Shown here: positions 17,053 to 23,702 of the stretch, one piece after another
Position numbering within the stretch: position 1 is the stretch's first letter
Layout: the number at the start of each line of letters is the position of its first letter
Assembly: GCA_050049995.1 (NCBI GenBank)
Contig: JASFVE010000030.1
Coordinates: 1 to 23,702 of the forward strand
DNA: 23,702 bases
Source: Chlamydiota bacterium
GTDB lineage: Bacteria > Chlamydiota > Chlamydiia > Chlamydiales > SM23-39
Direction of reading: 5' to 3'
The notes under the pieces: generated by a model
Seen by the model: only the letters and a program-made list of their open reading frames with translations
What the model was told of the DNA's origin: nothing
Database searches by the model: none
Program-made: the position numbers and the translations under genes

Positions 17053-17499
17053 ATGAATTTTTTGTCGTCCAAGCATAAGCAACATCCTCGAGTTGGTGTA
17101 GGGTGTGTTGTTCGAAAGGAAGGGAAAGTTCTTTTAGGTAAAAGAAAGGGATCTCATGGAGAAGGCTCTTGGGCTTTTCCTGGCGGTCATTTGGAATATG
17201 GAGAGACGGTAGTAGATTGTGCTGCCCGTGAGCTAATCGAAGAAACAGGTTTGAAGGCTTTGTCTTTACATGAAGGGCCTTGGGTGGAAAATATTATGAC
17301 TGAGTCTCAGAAGCACTATATAACAGTTTTTGTTTTTATAGATGAATTTACTGGAGAGCCAGAATTATTAGAGCCTAATAAATGTGAAGGCTGGCAGTGG
17401 TTTTCCTGGGATGACCTTCCAAAGCCACTTTTTTCAACAATTTCTTCTTTAATTGAAAAAGAATTAATATTAATTACTAAAGATGATTTTATGATCTAA
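17053..17499 (+). CDS. Nudix hydrolase (NUDT15/MutT-like)
   Basis: Nudix box GGHLEYGETVVDCAARELIEETGL; PRVGVG and EPNKCEGWQWF.WDDLP are typical of the NUDT15-like group. Confidence 0.93.
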   Translation: MNFLSSKHKQHPRVGVGCVVRKEGKVLLGKRKGSHGEGSWAFPGGHLEYGETVVDCAARELIEETGLKALSLHEGPWVENIMTESQKHYITVFVFIDEFTGEPELLEPNKCEGWQWFSWDDLPKPLFSTISSLIEKELILITKDDFMI

Positions 17500-17577
17500 C
17501 TTTTTGATTTTGTGTAGGTAAGAAGGGTTTTACTTTTAGTTTATTTAAATATTATTATAAATTAATTTAAAAAAAAA

Positions 17578-17605
17578 TTTACATAAAAGAATTATTTAAT
17601 ACAAT
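17578..17605 (+). promoter_or_regulatory. Putative sigma70 promoter, copy 1
   Basis: TTTACA-N16-TACAAT; both hexamers and the spacing are conserved in the duplicate at 17963-17990. Confidence 0.6.
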
Positions 17606-17628
17606 GAAGCTAAAGGGAGGTATTACAT

Positions 17629-17814
17629 ATGCATACAATCAAATCGTTATCAATTATTGCTTTAGCTGCTTACTTAATTTTTCAAGGGTTATACTATCTT
17701 GCTGAGTTATCTACTCCTGTAGTTCATGCTGCAATTGGATTATTAGGACTGGCTTCAGGTATTTTAATGTTTATTTCACTTAATCATTGGGTTGAACACC
17801 ATAAAGGTAAGTAA
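17629..17814 (+). CDS. Small two-helix membrane protein, paralog 1 (61 aa)
   Basis: SD GGGAGG; two hydrophobic segments; 50/61 identical to paralog 2. Confidence 0.85.
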   Translation: MHTIKSLSIIALAAYLIFQGLYYLAELSTPVVHAAIGLLGLASGILMFISLNHWVEHHKGK

Positions 17815-17829
17815 GATAAAAGATATAAA

Positions 17830-17860
17830 ATAGCCTGTTTTAAAGGCAGGCTATATTTTC
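17830..17860 (+). terminator. Intrinsic terminator, copy 1
   Basis: atagcctgt..gcaggctat stem followed by attttc. Confidence 0.7.
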
Positions 17861-17884
17861 GTTGCAATTCTTTACTAGAAATTA

Positions 17885-17908
17885 ATTTATTTCTGATCAG
17901 AAATAAAT
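17885..17908. repeat. Perfect 24-bp palindrome
   Basis: atttatttctga|tcagaaataaat, no spacer. Confidence 0.9.
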
Positions 17909-17962
17909 CTATATAATTTCCAAACAAATTCTTAAGTTTTTATTTTTTAATAAATTAAAAAA

Positions 17963-17990
17963 TTTACATTAAATAAATATTTAATACAAT
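17963..17990 (+). promoter_or_regulatory. Putative sigma70 promoter, copy 2
   Basis: TTTACA-N16-TACAAT, duplicate of 17578-17605. Confidence 0.6.
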
Positions 17991-18013
17991 AAAGTTAAAG
18001 GGAGGTATTGAAT

Positions 18014-18202
18014 ATGCATACAATCAAATCATTATCAATTATTGCTTTAGCCGGTTATTTAATTTTTCAAGGGTTATTTTATTTAGCTGAAATAACAGCT
18101 CCGATAATTCATGCTGCAATTGGGTTATTAGGGTTAACTTCAGGAATTCTAATTTTTATTTCTTTAGGACATTGGGTAGATCACCACAAAGGTAAAAAGT
18201 AA
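18014..18202 (+). CDS. Small two-helix membrane protein, paralog 2 (62 aa)
   Basis: ATG 18014 matches the paralog 1 start and SD spacing; the ORF-track TTG at 18008 is too close to the SD. Confidence 0.85.
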   Translation: MHTIKSLSIIALAGYLIFQGLFYLAEITAPIIHAAIGLLGLTSGILIFISLGHWVDHHKGKK

Positions 18203-18216
18203 TAGCAAAGCGGTTT

Positions 18217-18240
18217 ATAGCCTGTTTTATAACAGGCTAT
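18217..18240. terminator. Intrinsic terminator, copy 2, between convergent genes
   Basis: Perfect 10-bp stem atagcctgtt-ttat-aacaggctat. Confidence 0.7.
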
Positions 18241-18258
18241 TGAATAATAGAGGTTCCC

Positions 18259-19122
18259 TTAAGAGTGCGCTATATTAGATTCTGCTTGATTTTGAGAGAT
18301 CCATTCACCAGTTTCTTGAAAATGATCTACTTGATATTTTCCAACCGACGCATCCACTTCGCTAGGAAGATCAGCAGCTCCTGTGAATTGTATTCCAATG
18401 GTTTGAACCTGACCTTTTAGTGAAGAGGCTACAGATTCAACGTTAGCTTTTTGATCGTCAATGAAAATTACTTTTTTAGGGGTCCAACCAAGCTGAGCAA
18501 AGAAGTTGGTTAAAACGGGCCCTTTATCGTGAAGCGAAGTTATAAGAACCCCCGACTTATAAACAGGAGGAAACTCTTTATCGTCGTCTTTTGGTAGATT
18601 AAGTAATTGTGTGTCAGGAAATGAAGGGCTAAAATCAAATCCAAATTTTTTCAGCTCATCTATTCGCCAATCGATAAAACTATCTACTTCTCCAATTTTT
18701 CCACCAGGTGCTGCTGTAAAAGCAATGGTGGGAACTCCTTTTTTTTGTAGTTTTTCTACAAAAGAAGGCAGGTGGTTATCAAGAAGAGAATGCTCTGCAT
18801 GCATTAATATTTCCCTAAATATGTACCTTTTGTTTCCAGATTCATCTTTAATAACTTTTTTTCCACCCATTAATTGATCAAGAAGCTTATTCCACTTAGG
18901 TTTTAAAATAGCATCTTTAGGTGTAATTAGTGTCTGATCAACGTCCCAAAGTACTAATGTATTTTCATCTGCTTCTTTTTCTATGATTTCTTCTATATAT
19001 GCAAAATTATTAGTAGAAGTATTGTAAGATTTTGAAGAAGAATTGATGTCACTGTCAGATGGTGTTGCTGTACATAAGCACGCTCCAATAAGTGATTGAA
19101 AAGCTGTTAATAAACAAGACAT
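18259..19122 (-). CDS. DUF2608-type HAD-superfamily protein
   Basis: LVLWDVDQTL (motif I), AFTA (II), DKG (III), PKKVIFIDD..NV (IV). Confidence 0.8.
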   Translation of the reverse strand: MSCLLTAFQSLIGACLCTATPSDSDINSSSKSYNTSTNNFAYIEEIIEKEADENTLVLWDVDQTLITPKDAILKPKWNKLLDQLMGGKKVIKDESGNKRYIFREILMHAEHSLLDNHLPSFVEKLQKKGVPTIAFTAAPGGKIGEVDSFIDWRIDELKKFGFDFSPSFPDTQLLNLPKDDDKEFPPVYKSGVLITSLHDKGPVLTNFFAQLGWTPKKVIFIDDQKANVESVASSLKGQVQTIGIQFTGAADLPSEVDASVGKYQVDHFQETGEWISQNQAESNIAHS

Positions 19123-19159
19123 TTTTATAACCTTTTATTATTTAATAATAAGTATATTA

Positions 19160-19188
19160 ATTTTAATACAGATAATATCTATTGTCAA
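19160..19188 (-). promoter_or_regulatory. Near-consensus sigma70 promoter for the DUF2608 gene
   Basis: TTGACA (19188-19183)-N17-TAAAAT (19165-19160), 37 nt upstream of the start. Confidence 0.75.
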
Positions 19189-19443
19189 ATAAATGAAAAT
19201 AAAGTAATTAAAAATTATTTAAAAAGTTGATAATAAATTGTTTGGTTTTTAGGGTTTCTTTGGAAAATCAAAAAAAATCTACACTTTTTTGTTTTCAAGT
19301 GAGGTGAGGTAATTCTTGAAAAATATGTTTTATTTTCTGAACATATCAAGCTTAAAAATCAAAAATAGCCTATAAATAATGATGGATATCTTTCTTAGAA
19401 ATACTTCTATTAAATATCCTTTAAAACATCAAAACTAATAAAA

Positions 19444-20637
19444 ATGAATTCAGAAAAACGCGGAATAAAATTCTTAAACGCCTGTCTTTTAATTATTGGC
19501 ACATCAATCGGAGCAGGAATGCTTGGCATGCCTGTTGAAGCAGGGCAAGGCGGTTATATTCCAAGTTTAATTTTCCTTACTTTTTCTTGGGTAGCTTCAT
19601 TCATATCTGCCTTATTTTTTGTAGAAGCGCTTTCTTTTATTAAAGCATCAGTCAACTTCTCAACTTTGTCAGAAAAGATTATAGGAAAAACTTCGAAGGT
19701 CTATATTTTATTAGTATATCTGCTTTTATTTTTATCTTTGATTTTTGCCTATACAAAAGGGGGAGGGGTCTTCATTGCAGATCTTCTGCCTTCTTTCCCT
19801 ATTTGGCTAGGAACTTTTTTATTTTTAATTGTCTTATTCCCATTTATACTGAAGGGAGCAAAGTCAGTGGGAAAGATCAATTCCTTTTTAACCTTTCCTA
19901 TGGCGATAGCTTTTGTTCTTTTGTTAGTGATAGGGTCTAAAGAAATAAGTGTTGCTAATTTAACTCATAAGCATTGGGTTAATGGTTTTATTTCTTTACC
20001 AATATTGGTAACAGCATTCGGATTTCATGGGATTATCCCATCACTTTTTAATTACCTAAATCACAATAAAAAAGTTATACGACGAGCTATAATAGTAGGA
20101 TCTATTGCAACTTTAGCGATATATGTTTTCTGGCAAACGTATATTATGGGTATTATTCCACTCAATGGAGAAATTAGCTTATCTTCAGCCTTAATGCAGG
20201 ATCAAACTGCAATTACTCCTTTGCGGAAGATCATAGGCTCTGCTTCTGTTTCCTATCTTGCAAATCTATTTTATTTTTGTGCTTTAACAACCTCTTTTTT
20301 AGGTGTCAGCTTGGGCTTGACAGATTTCCTTATCGATGCATTTCGCTTGAAAAATACTGCCTATAATAAATTTGTAATTACTCTTCTTATTTTTATTCCG
20401 GCATTTATCCTATCAGGAACTAGTTTGAGGGTGTTTTACTTGTCTCTTAAATATGGTTCTGGGTTGGCTTGTACTCTTCTACTTATTCTTTTCCCGACCG
20501 TACTAGTGTCTAAGCTCCTAGCAAAAGGTGAAAAGAAGCAAAAAGCCAAAATCTTAAAAATAGGCATAGGATTTACTTTAATTTATTCAGCAGTAGTTAT
20601 TTTTTCTCAACTATTAGGCGTTTTCACTACTTTATAA
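19444..20637 (+). CDS. Aromatic amino acid permease (TyrP/Mtr, HAAAP family)
   Basis: IIGTSIGAGMLGMP, AFGFHGIIPSL and ALTTSFLGVSLGL.DF motifs; multi-pass hydrophobic protein. Substrate not resolvable. Confidence 0.9.
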   Translation: MNSEKRGIKFLNACLLIIGTSIGAGMLGMPVEAGQGGYIPSLIFLTFSWVASFISALFFVEALSFIKASVNFSTLSEKIIGKTSKVYILLVYLLLFLSLIFAYTKGGGVFIADLLPSFPIWLGTFLFLIVLFPFILKGAKSVGKINSFLTFPMAIAFVLLLVIGSKEISVANLTHKHWVNGFISLPILVTAFGFHGIIPSLFNYLNHNKKVIRRAIIVGSIATLAIYVFWQTYIMGIIPLNGEISLSSALMQDQTAITPLRKIIGSASVSYLANLFYFCALTTSFLGVSLGLTDFLIDAFRLKNTAYNKFVITLLIFIPAFILSGTSLRVFYLSLKYGSGLACTLLLILFPTVLVSKLLAKGEKKQKAKILKIGIGFTLIYSAVVIFSQLLGVFTTL

Positions 20638-20719
20638 AATTATATTTATCAAGTAGTCAATTTCTTTATTCTAAGGCTTCCTTTTGTTATTCTTTTACCT
20701 CTTAATTTTTTAAAAATGA

Positions 20720-22477
20720 GTGTTTTATATGACATCAATGACATCAATAGATTCTTATCAAAGAATAGAGACACTTCCCATTACAAACTCTCCTTCAGCT
20801 GCTACTATAAATAAAAATAAAGCTTTTCTTATTGAAGGGGAGAGTCTCGGGGAGTCAATGCATTTTCCTGAACTCAGTTTAGCTAAAAAACTTGCAACAG
20901 AAAACGGAATAGAAGCTTTTGACTGTATTCAAAGCTTCGATACATTTCATGTTACAAGTTTTTTTGAGTCTCAAAGTGTAAGAGATCATAAGAAAATTGC
21001 TATATTTATTATTAAACTGTTCTCTGGAGAAAGTTCTATTTCTACAATTGTCGAAGAAGTTATAGAACCTGCTTTGCATGAGTTGGTCTCAAAAGGGGTT
21101 TACCGTGAAATGCCTGAATGGGTAACCACTTTAAAAAACGATTTTGCTCAATCTGTACAAGAATTGCGCGATTGTTATTTAAGTGAACAAGAGTGGGAAA
21201 AAGATTTTGATTCATTACATAGTTCTATGCTTGATTTATCTAATCAAATTTCTGCAAAAAGTTTTTTTTCTTACTTACAAGATCATCCTGAAATAGAGGA
21301 AGTTTATGGTATTCTAGGTCTTAATCACATTGATTTTCTAGATAAACATGCCAAGCAGGTAGATCGAACTCCTAAAGAAAATCATTTGGAGATTGTGTTT
21401 TTAAACAGAATAATTATTGTTCATTTGTTTGGTGGTACACATAGTGACGTAAGTCATTTTGATGCCATGGCTAGTTTTGCATCGCAACAAGGGCTGATTG
21501 TTCCTGAAAGAGAATCTAATAAAAAAGAACTATTAAAATTGCTGATAAGTCCTTCTTATTTAAGAGAGAAGAGTCGGATGCTAGAAGATTCTTTAGAAAT
21601 CCCAACCTTGAAATCAACAGAAGAGAGGCTGCAAAAAGCAGAGCAGAAGTTTGACTACTGGATGAAAGTATATAATCATTCTGAAAACATGACTCATGCA
21701 GAAAAACTACTTCAATGGCTTGATTATGATGAAGGTGGAAAGTTAGTTGCAAATTATGATGAATTTACAGAGTTGGCTAAAAGATTGAATCAAATAGGTT
21801 ATGAAATTGAAGAAATGCCTTCTCTAGAACAATTTGATGAGGTCATGAAAAACTATGGTGTGAATCAAGAGCACCAGCAGAGAATATTTGAAGGCTTATT
21901 TGGAAAACTAAATGCTCCAGTATCATCTACGGAAATCACAACCCCAAAATCATTATCGGATAATAAACTAGAAGTAACAGCGCAAGTATTTGATAGCTGG
22001 ATGAAAAGAGATTCACATACTAAAGCTGATGGAGAAGAGCTTCTTTTCTGGCTTTATAATGATTGTGGTGGAGATTTAGTTGAAAATTATGAAGAGTTTA
22101 CAGAACTGGCTAAAAGATTGAACCAAATGGGGTATAAAATCGACGAAGTTCCTTCTCAAGAGCATTTTGATGCTGCTAAGAGAGGGGAGAGTTTGCCTAC
22201 TATTCAAAAAACTCCCAAATTATCAGCAGAGGAAAGACTACAAAGAGCAGAGCAGAAGTTTGACTACTGGATGAAAAAATATAAGCATACTGAATCTAAT
22301 GAAGAAGAACTACTTCAATGGCTTTATTATGATAGCGGTAGAAAGTTAGTTGAAAATTATGATGAATTTACAGAGTTGGCTAAAAGATTGAAGCAAATGG
22401 GATATGAAATCGAAGAAGTTCCTTCTCAAGGGCGGTTTGATGTTGCTAAGAAAAAATTTTTAGAAGAGATGATTTAA
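20720..22477 (+). CDS. Hypothetical acidic protein with three C-terminal ~80-aa repeats; start probably ATG 20729
   Basis: Long open frame; three copies of FD.WMK..E.LL.WL..D.G..LV.NY.EFTELAKRL.Q.GY.I.E.PS...FD. Confidence 0.85.
   Translation: MFYMTSMTSIDSYQRIETLPITNSPSAATINKNKAFLIEGESLGESMHFPELSLAKKLATENGIEAFDCIQSFDTFHVTSFFESQSVRDHKKIAIFIIKLFSGESSISTIVEEVIEPALHELVSKGVYREMPEWVTTLKNDFAQSVQELRDCYLSEQEWEKDFDSLHSSMLDLSNQISAKSFFSYLQDHPEIEEVYGILGLNHIDFLDKHAKQVDRTPKENHLEIVFLNRIIIVHLFGGTHSDVSHFDAMASFASQQGLIVPERESNKKELLKLLISPSYLREKSRMLEDSLEIPTLKSTEERLQKAEQKFDYWMKVYNHSENMTHAEKLLQWLDYDEGGKLVANYDEFTELAKRLNQIGYEIEEMPSLEQFDEVMKNYGVNQEHQQRIFEGLFGKLNAPVSSTEITTPKSLSDNKLEVTAQVFDSWMKRDSHTKADGEELLFWLYNDCGGDLVENYEEFTELAKRLNQMGYKIDEVPSQEHFDAAKRGESLPTIQKTPKLSAEERLQRAEQKFDYWMKKYKHTESNEEELLQWLYYDSGRKLVENYDEFTELAKRLKQMGYEIEEVPSQGRFDVAKKKFLEEMI
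21610..22460 (+). repeat. Three intragenic direct repeats (~21610-21850, ~21945-22183, ~22213-22460)
   Basis: Identical 31-mers at 21637-21667 and 22246-22276; identical 39-mers at 21751-21789 and 22354-22392. Confidence 0.92.
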
Positions 22478-22566
22478 AATTTAATGTAAAAACTTAAGCG
22501 TCTTCAATATTGCTTTGATAAAAGAGCTTCAGGCATAGTTTATAGAAAATCAAAAACTAAAGATAA

Positions 22567-22956
22567 ATGGCTGGCTCATATATTTGGATCGGACTTGGAG
22601 GCGCTTTAGGGGCAGTGGCTCGTGTGGGAATAATGCGAATATTGCCGTCTTTTATTCTGTCAGTTCCTTTCAAAGTATTTCTGGTTAATATATTAGGATG
22701 TTTTTTAATAGGGCTACTGACTGAAGCGATGGCCTTTTATGGAAATGTCTCTATCAATATGAGACATTTTCTCATTCAAGGATTTTTAGGTGGCTTCACC
22801 ACTTTTTCTGCATTTGCTTTAGAATTTGGCTTGCTTTATGAAAAAGGTTCTCATTTTACAGCAATTTTTTATGCAGCACTTAGCGTTATTGTATGCATCA
22901 TTTCCTTTTTTGTTGGTTTAAGAATCCTTAGGCTTTTTATGCAATTTTTGTCATAA
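22567..22956 (+). CDS. crcB: Fluoride efflux channel CrcB/FluC
   Basis: GGALGAVAR, VNILGCFLIG and GFLGGFTTFSAF motifs; four hydrophobic helices. Confidence 0.95.
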   Translation: MAGSYIWIGLGGALGAVARVGIMRILPSFILSVPFKVFLVNILGCFLIGLLTEAMAFYGNVSINMRHFLIQGFLGGFTTFSAFALEFGLLYEKGSHFTAIFYAALSVIVCIISFFVGLRILRLFMQFLS

Positions 22957-22992
22957 TTTTTATTATGAATAAAGTTCATTGAAAAACAAAAA

Positions 22993-23702
22993 ATGAATGC
23001 CTCAAAATGGATCTTTAATGACCAAGTGAAAATTTGGACAGAATCATTTGGAGTAAAAAAGTATCCTGCGGTGCTTTTGATTTGTGGATCTGGAGCTGTT
23101 AGCACTTTTTATTCCAATTTTTTTTGTAATAAAATTGCTGAAGCAGGTTTTTTTGTTATTCGTTATGATCAAAGAGATTATGGAAAATCCTCTCATTTCA
23201 AACAGATTGATCCCAAGATACTTCCTGATTTACAAAAATTAAAAACCCAGCTGCCATATCAGATAAAAGATTTAGAGGAAGATGCTCGCATCATTTTGGA
23301 TACATATAGAATTTCCAAAGCTCATTTAGTAGGGCACAGTATGGGCGGAATTGTAGTTCAGCTTTTTGCCGCTACTTTTCCTGAGCGATTGTTGAGTTTT
23401 ACTTCCATTTCTGCAGGACCAGCTTCTCAAAAGTATGAATTAGAACCAGTATCGGATGATATTATGCAAAAACTGCTTTCCAATGGCCCTTGAGGAGATT
23501 TCGAGAAAGACGTTGATGGGTGGTTAAAAAGTTTAAAGTTATTGAATGGGGACGTAGAGTTTGAAAAAACTTAGGCTAAAATCTATATCAAAGAGATATA
23601 TAGACGGGACAAACATGCTGGGGTTGCTTGGAATAATATTGGAATTCAACAATTTATTCCTGACTACTTTAAAGAATTTCAAAACAATAAAACTCCTGGG
23701 CT
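22993..23702 (+). pseudogene. Alpha/beta hydrolase (RdmC-like esterase) pseudogene, runs off window
   Basis: VIRYDQRDYGKS and GHSMGG nucleophile elbow. In-frame TGA (23491-23493) and TAG (23572-23574) interrupt a frame that continues hydrolase-like (GDFEKDVDGWLKSLKLLNG..*AKIYIKEIYRRD..AWNN..KTPG). Confidence 0.8.

Noticed and set aside
18611..18877. 88-aa plus-strand ORF
   Set aside because: Antisense shadow of the DUF2608 gene.
21637..22392. 31- and 39-bp direct repeats as a CRISPR array
   Set aside because: They are in-frame coding repeats about 600 bp apart, with no spacer periodicity and no cas genes.
22478..22566. Fluoride riboswitch upstream of crcB
   Set aside because: No GGxGAUGG..GAUGAC-type consensus in the 89-nt spacer.
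20879..23105. Minus-strand ORFs 20879-21079, 21516-21752 and 22869-23105
   Set aside because: Antisense to better-supported genes; no motifs.
23491..23574. Stop-codon reassignment or selenocysteine readthrough
   Set aside because: Two different stops in one gene; TAG ends normal genes in this window and Trp is TGG throughout. Simple decay is more parsimonious.

Overview
AT-rich bacterial chromosomal window. The gene set (DUF2608, TyrP-type permease, orphan ORFs with Ser/Asn/Thr-rich N-termini) suggests an environmental Chlamydiota-like or other host-associated lineage; this is inference only. In order: 3' end of a DUF167 gene; a 67-aa twin-CX3C orphan behind a TPP riboswitch with a complete anti-SD expression platform and an atypical UGAAA in place of UGAGA; a HicA-like orphan; beta-carbonic anhydrase; DUF1328; a 9-kb two-partner secretion locus (one TpsB, two paralogous HMW1/FHA-like TpsA); a secreted hypothetical; an HI0933 flavoprotein; PhnA/YjdM; a degenerate CPBP-like membrane protein; a TPR-like protein; a LOV-GGDEF candidate blue-light diguanylate cyclase behind a nested inverted-repeat leader; rlmN; a Nudix hydrolase; a tandem duplication of a small membrane-protein transcription unit; DUF2608; an aromatic amino acid permease; a 585-aa orphan with three ~80-aa repeats; crcB; and an alpha/beta-hydrolase pseudogene. 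No rRNA, tRNA, CRISPR array or IS element was seen. All calls come from motif reading, not database searches.
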